This document shows, piece after piece, positions 50,484-60,103 of a stretch of DNA of 60,103 nt (positions are counted from its first letter, which is position 1; each line of letters opens with the position of its first letter). The notes beneath the pieces were generated by a model. The model ran no database searches. It was not told the DNA's origin and was given only the letters and a program-made list of their open reading frames with translations. The position numbers and the translations under genes were made by a program. The DNA lies in NCBI RefSeq assembly GCF_001194135.2, contig NC_068981.1, positions 84,388,346 to 84,448,448 on the forward strand, given 5' to 3'. Source of the DNA: Octopus bimaculoides. Its lineage: Eukaryota.

Positions 50484-51011
50484 CTATAGTTGGCACCACC
50501 GTTCGAGCGTGATCGTTACCAGCGTCGCCTTCCTGGCACGTGAAAAGTTATTCGAGCGAGATCGTTGCCAGTGCCGCTGGACTGGCTCCCTTGCAGGCGG
50601 CACATAAAATACACCATTTTGAGCGTGGCTGTTGCCAGTACCGCCTAACTGGCCTTCGTGCCGGTGGCACGTAAAAGTACCCACTACACTTTCGGAGTGG
50701 TTGGCGTTAGGAAGGGCATCCAGCTGCAGAAACTCTGCCAAATCAGATTGGAGCCTGGTGNNNNNNNNNNNNNNNNNNNNNNNNNNNNNNNNNNNNNNNN
50801 NNNNNNNNNNNNNNNNNNNNNNNNNNNNNNNNNNNNNNNNNNNNNNNNNNNNNNNNNNNNNNNNNNNNNNNNNNNNNNNNNNNNNNNNNNNNNNNNNNNN
50901 NNNNNNNNNNNNNNNNNNNNNNNNNNNNNNNNNNNNNNNNNNAGCCATCTGGTTCACCAGTCCTCAGTCAAATCGTCCGACCCATGCTAACATGGAAAGC
51001 GGACGTTAAAC

Positions 51012-51057
<46 letters not shown>
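50484..51057 (+). mobile_element. SINE family E (RTE-related body), (GAT)n tail
   Basis: ggttggcgttaggaagggcatccagctg resembles RTE 5' UTR-derived SINE middles. Ends acccatgctaacatggaaagcggacgttaaac(gat)n. Three degenerate repeats lie upstream. Confidence 0.75.
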
Positions 51058-52404
51058 CCATTGAAAGACTGACTTTAGAATGATTTTCATATTTATCAAT
51101 TAGAACTGGAGCAGCAAGTGTAATCCAAAATACAACTGAAATTTTGACGTTAATATTTCAGATTGTTTGAAATGTTGTTCGTCCTAGAAACCGATCACTT
51201 TTCTACTCTGGAAATATAAATATGCACCAGATCAGCATATTAGAGTCTGCTATGGAGAGGAAAATTAATACATCCTCTACGCCCCCAGCCACCACGCCCA
51301 CACACGTTTTCTAAAATGGTCTGAATTTTTATTTCAGTACTATTCATAACAACGATAAAAGACAATCAAAGACGGAAACAGCATTTTCAAGAGACGTAGG
51401 AATAAATTTTTGTTCATATTTAGTATTAAAACATGGGATGATTGCCGAGTAGGCAAAGTATAAATACCAATGGCTTGTTTGTCACCCCGATTTCTTGTAA
51501 TGAACATTAGAAGTATGTCGCAATCAATGAGAATATTATATGGGTTAGTGCTATCAGAAAGGCTAGGATGACAAAGAAATACTTCAGTAATATTCGGAAG
51601 ATGGAAATGTCAGTTACATGTATTCAACAAAAAGAAGTCTCATAAGTTTTTTTTAGTGCCAGTGCTTGTATCAAACTTATGGGCTCTATACGAGAACATC
51701 TGAAGAAATCGGCAACTTCGTCATAAAGATTAAGAAGGTAATATCCCCCACTGGAGAAAATATGGAGCCAGAGGTATGTGCTCAATTCAAGTGGTCTTAG
51801 AGCTCCGTAGAATATGACTTAGCCAATACCTACTGGATTGTAAAAGGAAAAATGAATATATTTCGTTTGTATACAGCAATGAAAATAACATCATAAAAAT
51901 GACGGAAAAACTTCTGGACAGGAATAATGAAAGACCAGTTGTTCCTTGTAACCTCAAGGTAGTCAGACTAACCTGCTTAAGCAGACACTTGGAGGAGAAA
52001 CAATCATCATATCAGCAAATAGTTATACTTTAACAAATATCGACGGTGATAGAGAAAGTATCATCTCTTGCACATGTGATCGACGTCACATCCCATATAG
52101 AAGGATACGTTTTTGCAAATCAATAAAATGAAAGTTTTACTAAATACATGAAGAAGAAAGCATGTTTTAAATTTTTTTTAAATAATGGTTATATCATCCA
52201 AGAGAGTAAATATCAGTAAAATATCATCAACTTCATTGCCAGCAGTCCAAACATTTTTGCATGATTCTACTGCTTTCTCCTCAGATATGAAATGTTTTGC
52301 TCATATTATTTGCAATGCAGTTCGTAGGAAGGATTGCCCTGATCATGCTAAAAAGGGCATGTATCTATAGACTTAAAAATAATAACTGCACTGGTGTAAT
52401 ATGT

Positions 52405-52804
52405 CTATGAGACAGTTATCCGGTGCAAACACAACGGACTTGATATTGTTTTATGAGACAGGGAACAAAGGTCTTGCACTGTTGCAGCTGGTAATTGCCG
52501 ACTGGATTTCAGTGTCTCCTCTAAAGTTCTGTAAAAAAGGAAACATCTGTGATAACTAACACAGAACTCACAATTCATGTACCGATGCTATAGAATTTCA
52601 TTTGTACCTATTATCATAGGTTGGTTGGGCTATGTAACAATAAGGTTGCATAAAGACTTGGAAATGATGCTGCTCTCCAAGACAGGAGAAAATATTCTTG
52701 AGGTTTAATTGATTAACAGTATAGAGATGGTTTATATAACATGCCCAAAATTCTCCCATTACATTGTTGAAAGTATAGTAACGCATACACTTTGGTATAT
52801 GCAA
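52405..52804 (-). pseudogene. Candidate two-exon coding relic of unknown identity
   Basis: AG|GTACAA donor at 52607 and ttccttttttacAG acceptor at 52529 define a 79-nt intron that joins two open frames into about 106 codons. No ATG-led 5' end; in-frame stop just upstream. Confidence 0.3.
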
Positions 52805-52913
52805 ACATTAACTTAAACAAAATGAAAAAAATCTTCATATTATTCCAGTCCGGCTTCATTTCTGCGAAGAGTTTAAATAAAGCTCCTAGAAAAACACCCA
52901 AAAACAGATACGT

Positions 52914-53040
<127 letters not shown>

Positions 53041-55171
53041 TACATAAACACATACATACATATATACATACATGTAAGCATGCATACGTATATGAAACAT
53101 TATCTTCCACTGAGGTCAGAGTCATTGACATGTATGAATAAATAAATGGTCGGGCAAAATAAAATACAATGAAATTACGTTGAATTGAGAAAAGGTATAG
53201 AATAATACACTAAAACACCTGTTTGAGCTTGTGATCCTGCTTCATTCATTGTGTGTGATTTTCTCTGTATGCGTGTGTATGCGTGTTTCTGTAGATGCAA
53301 ATGTATATGCTTATAGCACCTGTCTTCCATTGTGTGCATGTGTCTTGCTTTTGTTTTTCTATCATTCAATAACATATTGTGAATATGTATACATACGTAT
53401 GTATACATATAAATATGTATACATATTTATATCTGTATATATGTGTATATGTATTTATTTATATGTATGTGGAAATGTATGTATATATATATATATATGT
53501 ATGTATATACATATTTATATATGTATGTATATTTGCATACATGTATGTGTGTGAGAGAGTAATTTTTATATACAATATGCCACTTTAAGTTTGTACGTTT
53601 GTTATCTTGCATTTCAAAATGTATGGGCGTGTATAAATTGTGTGTGAGTCAGTGTTATGCATGTATGTATGCATGTGGGAAGGTTACTAAGTAATTGTAC
53701 CCACTATTTGTATATATTTTCACATTATAAATTTCTGTGGTTTCTTTATAAGAAAGACTGCGATCGCTTCTCTCTTAATATTCTTCTCCGTATTTCTCTC
53801 TCTCTCTCCCTCTCTCTATCTCTCTTCTCATCTCTCTCCTCCTCTCCCTCTTTCTCTCCCCATCTCTTCCCCTCTTACTCTCACTTTCTCACTTTCTTTG
53901 TGCGTGTTTGTGTGAATGTGTGAATGTACTTTCTATTCAGTATTAAATTATGTAGGCAAACGTTGTGTAGTTCGGTGCGTGTCTTTATATTCGTGTTATT
54001 TGTATATCTTTATTTGCTTGAATGGCAAGTTTTGTGTATCTATGAGTAAGTGTTAATTTTGTGCGATTGTAACCAAAGACGTGCAGGTTGATCAGTATTA
54101 TAAGAAGCGATCAAACGGAAAAATTTTCATCGCAATACAACAACAGGAAAAATAAATCATTGAACATATTTCGTCGACTTCCTCTTACATCCTTATGAAT
54201 CATCATTGACGTAACAGTTGCTGATATATGAAGAACAAAAATTGTAAAGATTTCCTTATCAATGTGTGAACATATTAATAAATCATCGATATCGTCCGGC
54301 TGTTTTCATTGCTCTGTAAGTCTCTGCTTTGAAGGATAGGGGCACAGCTATATGTAAATTCACTACCTGCACATAAGATTTCTCGAAAGACACCAGTTAC
54401 TAACGTTTAAAGGTTTTGGTTAACAACTTTAACAATCAATCTTGTGCAGTCAAGATCTTTTATGTTTTGTTCTACAACCAGCAACAATGGTTGAAGATGA
54501 AAAGAAGCAAAATAAAATAGGGAACTGATTATATTAAGCTGTTGACTCGAAAATGTTATCCTTTGTCTGTCCTGCAGAACGGGCGAGGTAGTTGCTGTTA
54601 CTACCTTAATACACAATGTGCACATATACTAAAAATTGAAAGGCTTGAACTCGAGATCCTAATACTTTGATGCTACTGCCACCACTACACCATCACTACT
54701 ACTACTACTACTACTACTACTACAGCTGCCGTCAATGAAGTGCACCGCAAAGGGCTTTTAATTGTTCCAGTCGGACGTATCTGTTTGTACTGTTACTCAT
54801 CATCGGTTGGTTGTTCAATATGTGGACGATTCAATGACTGAACACTTCTGAGGAGAAACCACCTCATCGTGAAGTGCAGTCTCGCGGGGTGGGGAGGATA
54901 TAACTCTTACCAAATGGCAGAAGAATAGTTTTTCGTATCTTGCAAAAGATATCATCTGTCATCCTGCCGTTAATGATTTCTTTCTCTTCCTAAATATTGT
55001 CTGCTACCCAAATCACGATCAGACAAGACGAAGTCGTTGCGAGGGGCAGCACATGGAAGTAGATACTTTAGATGAGTTATATGATGAGTTATACGAACAG
55101 ACCTCTCTTATATAGATGAGTTATACGAACAGACCTCTCTTCTGCTAGTGGTGGAAAAGAATATCTCTTTT

Positions 55172-55345
55172 CTTGTTTTGGTACAAGGACAGCAATCTTG
55201 AGGGGTGGGGGAGTCAATTACATCGACCTCAGTAATTGACTGGTACTTGTTTTAACGACTTTGAAAGGATGAAAGGCAAAGTCGACTTCAGTGGAGTTTG
55301 AACTCAGAGCGTAAGGTCAGACGAAATGCCGCTAAGCATTTTTTT
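55172..55345 (-). mobile_element. SINE family C
   Basis: gaaaggatgaaaggcaaagtcgac...tttgaactcagagcgtaag...gaaatgccgctaagcatt. Confidence 0.85.
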
Positions 55346-55699
55346 TTTTGTGTGCTGAAGGTTCTGGGAGCTCGCCGACTTTGTGGCAGATAAATATTTT
55401 CAATGTATATAACTCAATTCGCTGTTGCATGGGTAGCATAAATAATACATCATGAAAAATTAATCCATCATCCAGTTTTATCTGACTATTGGTTAGCAGA
55501 GTCCCTTTCGATGAGTCCATTCTGATGCAAGCACATGGATTAGGCTTGCGAACAAGTCCATATCCATGTGCAGTGCTACCTACTGCAATAACTCGTGAAT
55601 CTTTCATTCTTCTTTCGTTCCACTACTCTATTCTCGGAGGCTCTGCAAAATAATCACAGGAGCCTCTCTTTCTTGTTTTAAGTCATAAATATCATTTGC

Positions 55700-55890
55700 A
55701 TTAGAGGCACAAGGCCCGAAATTTTGAAGCAGAGAGCCAGTCGATCACACCGACGCCAATGTTGGTACTTATTTTATCGAACCCGAAAGGATATGACAAC
55801 CTCAGCAGAATTTGAACCCACAACGTAAGACAGGAAGAAACGCCGCAAAATATTTTGCCCGGTGCAATTACGATTCTACCAGCTCGTTTC
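55700..55890 (-). mobile_element. SINE family C, older copy
   Basis: gcacaaggcccgaaattttg...ggtacttattttatcgaacccgaaagg...gaatttgaacccacaacgtaa. Confidence 0.75.
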
Positions 55891-56270
55891 CCCCTTTTAA
55901 GCCATAAACATAATGAAAGCAAATTGTTGACAAAATAATATTTTTAACCTATGTTCTACCAAATATTTATACGTGTTGGTAATGTTGAATTTTTCCTTTT
56001 CGAATCAATATAATTCATCTACTTACACAGATATTTCGCTGTCTTTAGCTCTTAAATGTCCTGGAATCTCTTTCCTGGAATCATCAATACTAAGTAAGAC
56101 GAGAGTAATCAAACCATTTAAGGCATATTTACTTTAAAGCATAATGCGTGCGCGTGTGTGTGTGTGCGCGTGCGTGTGTGTGTGTATGTGAGTGTGCGTG
56201 TGTTTAGTGAAACCAGTAAAAGATAAAAGATAAACGATAGATATTATCAAGGGCTGAAATATAAGACCAA

Positions 56271-56836
56271 TACGTGATATGATCAGAAAGTATCAGGACT
56301 GGTACTGCAAAAAGAAAACTACATTACAACACGTATCAATTCGGCATTTAATCCCCTTCGAAGAAATTCCCTTCTGAAGTCACACACTTTATCCAGCGTC
56401 GTTTCCATTGAGGGAAGCATTCTTGGAACTTCTTTTTTTCGTTATAGCGCGCAGCTACCTCGTCGCATTTTCTTGGATTTCTTCGACGTCTTGAAATCTT
56501 GTTTCTTTCAAGTGGAATTTGGCTTTTGCCTGGGTTTCAGAGTGATAGTCGCAGACCTACTTTTCATCACCTGTTATGACCGCTTTCAAACAGGTTTCGT
56601 CTTCCTCGACACAATCAGGGAGATTCTGCGCTGCTGAAACCACATCTTCATTTTGAAATGACCACACTCTACACACTTTATTTCCAAGCACTGCAATAAA
56701 CAACTGGAGTGAACTAGAACGCCATAACATAGTGTTCCTGCGCGACAGGCTTCAAAGTCAATCGGTGTCTTTATTTTGCGTACTTTAGCTCGGTTACCAT
56801 AGCAACAGTCCCGATACTTTTTGATCAAGCCGCATA
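56271..56836 (-). mobile_element. mariner deletion derivative (566 bp) with both TIRs
   Basis: 31-bp TIRs TACGTGATATGATCAGAAAGTATCAGGACTG and TATGCGGCTTGATCAAAAAGTATCGGGACTG (24/31 identical). Internal remnants VITGDEK and WIKCVTSEGNFFEGD*. Confidence 0.85.
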
Positions 56837-56932
56837 TATACTCTTTAACACTCTTTAAATGTGTGGATGTTTTTGTGCCCCTCAAACACAACAGAAACTA
56901 GTGAAATACAGATGAGGTGAACACATAGACAC

Positions 56933-56972
<40 letters not shown>

Positions 56973-57042
56973 CGCACACATATTTATGCATGTATACATG
57001 TATGTATGCATGTATATATACGTATGCATCGTTATATATTTT

Positions 57043-57426
57043 TGTTGTTGACACTCCGTCGCTTACGACGTCGAGGGTTCCAGTTGATCCGATCAACGGA
57101 ACAGCCTGCTCGTGAAATTAACGTGCAAGTGGCTGAGCACTCCACAGACACGTCTACCCTTAACGTAGTTCCCGGGGATATTCAGCGTGACACAGTGTGA
57201 CAAGGCTGACCCTTTGAATTACAGGCACAACAGAAACAGGAAGTAAGAGCGAGGGAAAGTTGTGGTGAAAGAGTACAGCAGGGTTCGCCACCATCCCCTG
57301 CCGGAGCCTTGTGGAGCTTTTAGGTGTTTTCGCTCAGTAAACACTCACAACGCCCGGTGTAGGAATCGAAATCGCGATTCTATGACCGCGTGTCCGCTGC
57401 CCTAACCACTGGGCCATTGCACCTCC
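57043..57426 (-). mobile_element. tRNA-derived SINE family A, full length
   Basis: A box tggcccagtggttagg, B-box remnant, (CAA)n tail; near-identical to 2293-2667. Confidence 0.92.
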
Positions 57427-57437
57427 ACTGCATTTTT

Positions 57438-57516
<79 letters not shown>

Positions 57517-57679
57517 TATATAAACGTATGTGTGTGTATGTACATATATACGTGTGTGTATGAGTGTGCACATACACACATAAATAGGGAGCGCGAGTGA
57601 GAGAGAGAGTTGGCGTTTGAGGATGAGCTAAGTTTTCACATATTGATTTTATATTTAGCTGTATTTATAACGTGTAAGG

Positions 57680-57935
57680 GAGCATACCTTAGTGGTTATG
57701 GCGTTGCATTCAAAGATTCTGGACTGGGTGGTATGTTGTATTCTTGAACAAAACACTTCGCCCCACGTTGCTCTGCGATAACTCGACACTGGTGTGTGGC
57801 ACACTCTACGCCTGATCAGGCAACTTCGATTTGATGGATGGAGTGAACTAATATAATACAGGACATATAATATTTGTTTACCATAAACAAACCGTATGCA
57901 CAGGTTGTTCAGCAAAAAATTGCTGAACTGTCTCG
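57680..57935 (+). mobile_element. tRNA-derived SINE, family D-related head with a different 3' body
   Basis: cttagtggtta A-box remnant, ttcttgaacaaaacacttc..cacgttgctc centre. Confidence 0.55.
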
Positions 57936-58046
57936 GACTACCTGAGACTACCATCATCCTCATTATACATAATTGCATACATTTCTTTCGAAATGCTAGC
58001 ACAAATTATGTATTCATAAGGTTGCAAACAAAAAAAAAATGAAACA

Positions 58047-59135
58047 AAGGAGTGGCTGTGTGGTAAGTAGCTTGCTTACTAAGCACATGGATCCGGGTTC
58101 AGTCCCAGCGCGTGGCATCTTGGGCAAGTGTCTTCTACTATAGCCTCGGGCCGACCAAAGCTTTGTGAGTGGATTTGGTAGACGGAAACTGAAAGACGCT
58201 CGTCGTATATATGTATATGTATGTATGTATGTATGTTTTATGGTGTTTTATGGTGAGCTTGCAGAGGGGAATCGTTATCGGCATAAACCTAAAAAAGGTT
58301 TAAGGATGGCATAAGGACTGCTACGAAGTCAATTGGAATGNNNNNNNNNNNNNNNNNNNNNNNNNNNNNNNNNNNNNNNNNNNNNNNNNNNNNNNNNNNN
58401 NNNNNNNNNNNNNNNNNNNNNNNNNNNNNNNNNNNNNNNNNNNNNNNNNNNNNNNNNNNNNNNNNNNNNNNNNNNNNNNNNNNNNNNNNNNNNNNNNNNN
58501 NNNNNNNNNNNNNNNNNNNNNNNNNNNNNNNNNNNNNNNNNNNNNNNNNNNNNNNNNNNNNNNNNNNNNNNNNNNNNNNNNNNNNNNNNNNNNNNNNNNN
58601 NNNNNNNNNNNNNNNNNNNNNNNNNNNNNNNNNNNNNNNNNNNNNNNNNNNNNNNNNNNNNNNNNNNNNNNNNNNNNNNNNNNNNNNNNNNNNNNNNNNN
58701 NNNNNNNNNNNNNNNNNNNNNNNNNNNNNNNNNNNNNNNNNNNNNNNNNNNNNNNNNNNNNNNNNNNNNNNNNNNNNNNNNNNNNNNNNNCTTTTCAAAA
58801 CACTGTCTGGTTTAAAAAGCCACATCAGACGCCATGAAAGGGCTAAGGTGTAGGTGCAGGAGGTGGTCAAACTCTGTTTAAGGAGTAGACAACCACCATG
58901 TATGTATGTATGTATGTATATATGTTTGTGTGTCTGTGTTTGTCCCCACAACATCGCTTGACAACCGATGCTGGTGTGTTTACGTCCCCGTAACTTAGCG
59001 GTTCGGCAAAAGGGTCCGATAGAATAAGTACTAGGCTTCCAAAGAATAAGTCCTGGGGTCGATTTGCTCGACTAAAGGCGGTGTTCCAGCATGACCACAG
59101 TCAAATGACTGAAACAAGTAAAAGAGTAAAAGAAA
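58047..59135 (+). mobile_element. SINE family B interrupted by an RTE insertion
   Basis: Head 58047-58205, (TATG)n, foreign insert, (TATG)n resumes at about 58898, intact 3' half to aaacaagtaaaagagtaaaag. Confidence 0.9.
58245..58898 (+). mobile_element. RTE-clade LINE 3' fragment nested in a SINE
   Basis: YGELAEG..RHKPKK before the gap, and the C2H2 end LFKTLSGLKSHIRRH plus a short hairpin-like tail after it. Confidence 0.75.
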
Positions 59136-59202
59136 AAAGAGTAAGCGATACAGAACTGTCAACATTAACCTTATGACGAATATTTTTCATTCAGTTACAG
59201 AG

Positions 59203-59400
59203 CATTTGTCACGCCGGGCCAAACGCTTAAGCGGTATTTTATCTGCCTTTACGTTCTGAGTTCAAATTCCGCTGAGGTCGACTTTGCCTTTCATCCTTTC
59301 GAAGTCGATAAATCAAGTACCAGTTGCGTACTGGTTCGATCTAATCGACTGGCCTCCTCCCCCAAAATATCGGGCTTTGTGCCTAGAGTAGAAAAGAATT
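59203..59400 (+). mobile_element. SINE family C, tail type 2
   Basis: gttctgagttcaaattccgctgaggtcgactttgcctttcatcctttcg...gggctttgtgcctagagtagaaaag. Confidence 0.88.
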
Positions 59401-60059
59401 ACAAAGCATTTGTTAATATCGATAACGTTAAGAGTACGGTTGCACTGGTTCAGAGTGAGAGTAACAAACTCAGCAACAGCATTAGTAGCAGTAGTAGTAG
59501 TAGTGGTAGCAGCATTAGCAGTCCTAGCAATGCTTGTCATGAGTCTAGATGCTCAACGGTAATACATACATGATCTATTTGAATCTATGTAGAATGCGCT
59601 TGAGTATGTACAGGTTCCACTGCTTTGCTTTCGTCAAGGCCCTATCATGAAGACAGCTCTGGGCAGCAGTAGTAGTAGTGAGGGGTAGGCGCATTAGGCA
59701 ATCCCACGAGTCTCAGGGTCTATTGGTAATCTATACTTGCTGTATTTAAATCTGCATGTGCTGCACTTGGGTCTGCACATTTGCGAGTGCATTACTTTGA
59801 CCAGGGCCATATAATGTAACTGACACAGCTCTGATGGTGGTGGTGGTGGTGGTAATAGTAGTAGTAGTAGTTGTTGTTGTTGTTGTTGTTGTTGTTGTAT
59901 ATGGGAGGAGTGGACGTCTTAAAAAAAATACGAAATTAGTGGAAATATAAAAATGTAATAGAGATGTAACATCCGGGTAACTGACAGTATAACAATAGGC
60001 TAGAACATCTGTGCATCGTGTTAGAGAAACGGACAGGGACAGAGGAAATAGGTAAATAG

Positions 60060-60103
60060 AAGAAGAAGAAGAAGAAGAAGAAGAAGAAGAAGAAGAAGAA
60101 GAA
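60060..60103. repeat. (GAA)n microsatellite
   Basis: Direct reading; runs off the window end. Confidence 0.95.

Noticed and set aside
50761-50942. 182-N gap inside SINE family E suggesting an insertion
   Set aside because: The flanks (gcctggtg / agccatctgg) read like continuous SINE sequence, so the gap is probably a scaffolding over-estimate.
51540-52000. Possible decayed CR1 3' fragment
   Set aside because: Only vague motif echoes; I could not establish a collinear series of motifs.
55332-55607. 91-aa ATG-led ORF (MKDSRVIAVGSTAHGYGLVRK...)
   Set aside because: No family recognised beyond a vague resemblance to Copia protease-region text. No usable splice sites in frame, and its end runs into a SINE. 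Worth one BLAST but not supportable.

Overview
AT-rich, microsatellite-dense eukaryotic DNA with about 6 kb of assembly gaps (N runs). The SINE families and repeat landscape point to a coleoid cephalopod, most likely Octopus (inference, not a database result). I find no intact host protein-coding gene, no rRNA or true tRNA gene, no CRISPR array and no prokaryotic system. Almost all long ORFs in the supplied track are artefacts of N runs or microsatellites. The window is mainly decayed mobile elements: at least five tRNA- or RTE-related SINE families (labelled A-E here), L1/Tx1, RTE and HERO non-LTR relics, a very old Gypsy pol, four IS630-Tc1-mariner relics plus MITEs, and Penelope-like termini with hammerhead-like motifs. 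The most interesting observations are: (1) a non-coding LTR retroelement with a tRNA-Trp primer site that is reiterated and extends past the usual 18 nt (47.1-48.3 kb); (2) an ORF1-only, half-L1-like element (10.6-11.7 kb); (3) a 3' tail signature shared by that element, two Tx1 ORF2 relics and a SINE; (4) minimal hammerhead-like motifs; (5) a scrambled maT transposon and an intron-containing Tc1; (6) a tail-to-tail inverted SINE pair that could form long dsRNA. All alignments were done by eye, and element boundaries are approximate unless a motif is quoted.
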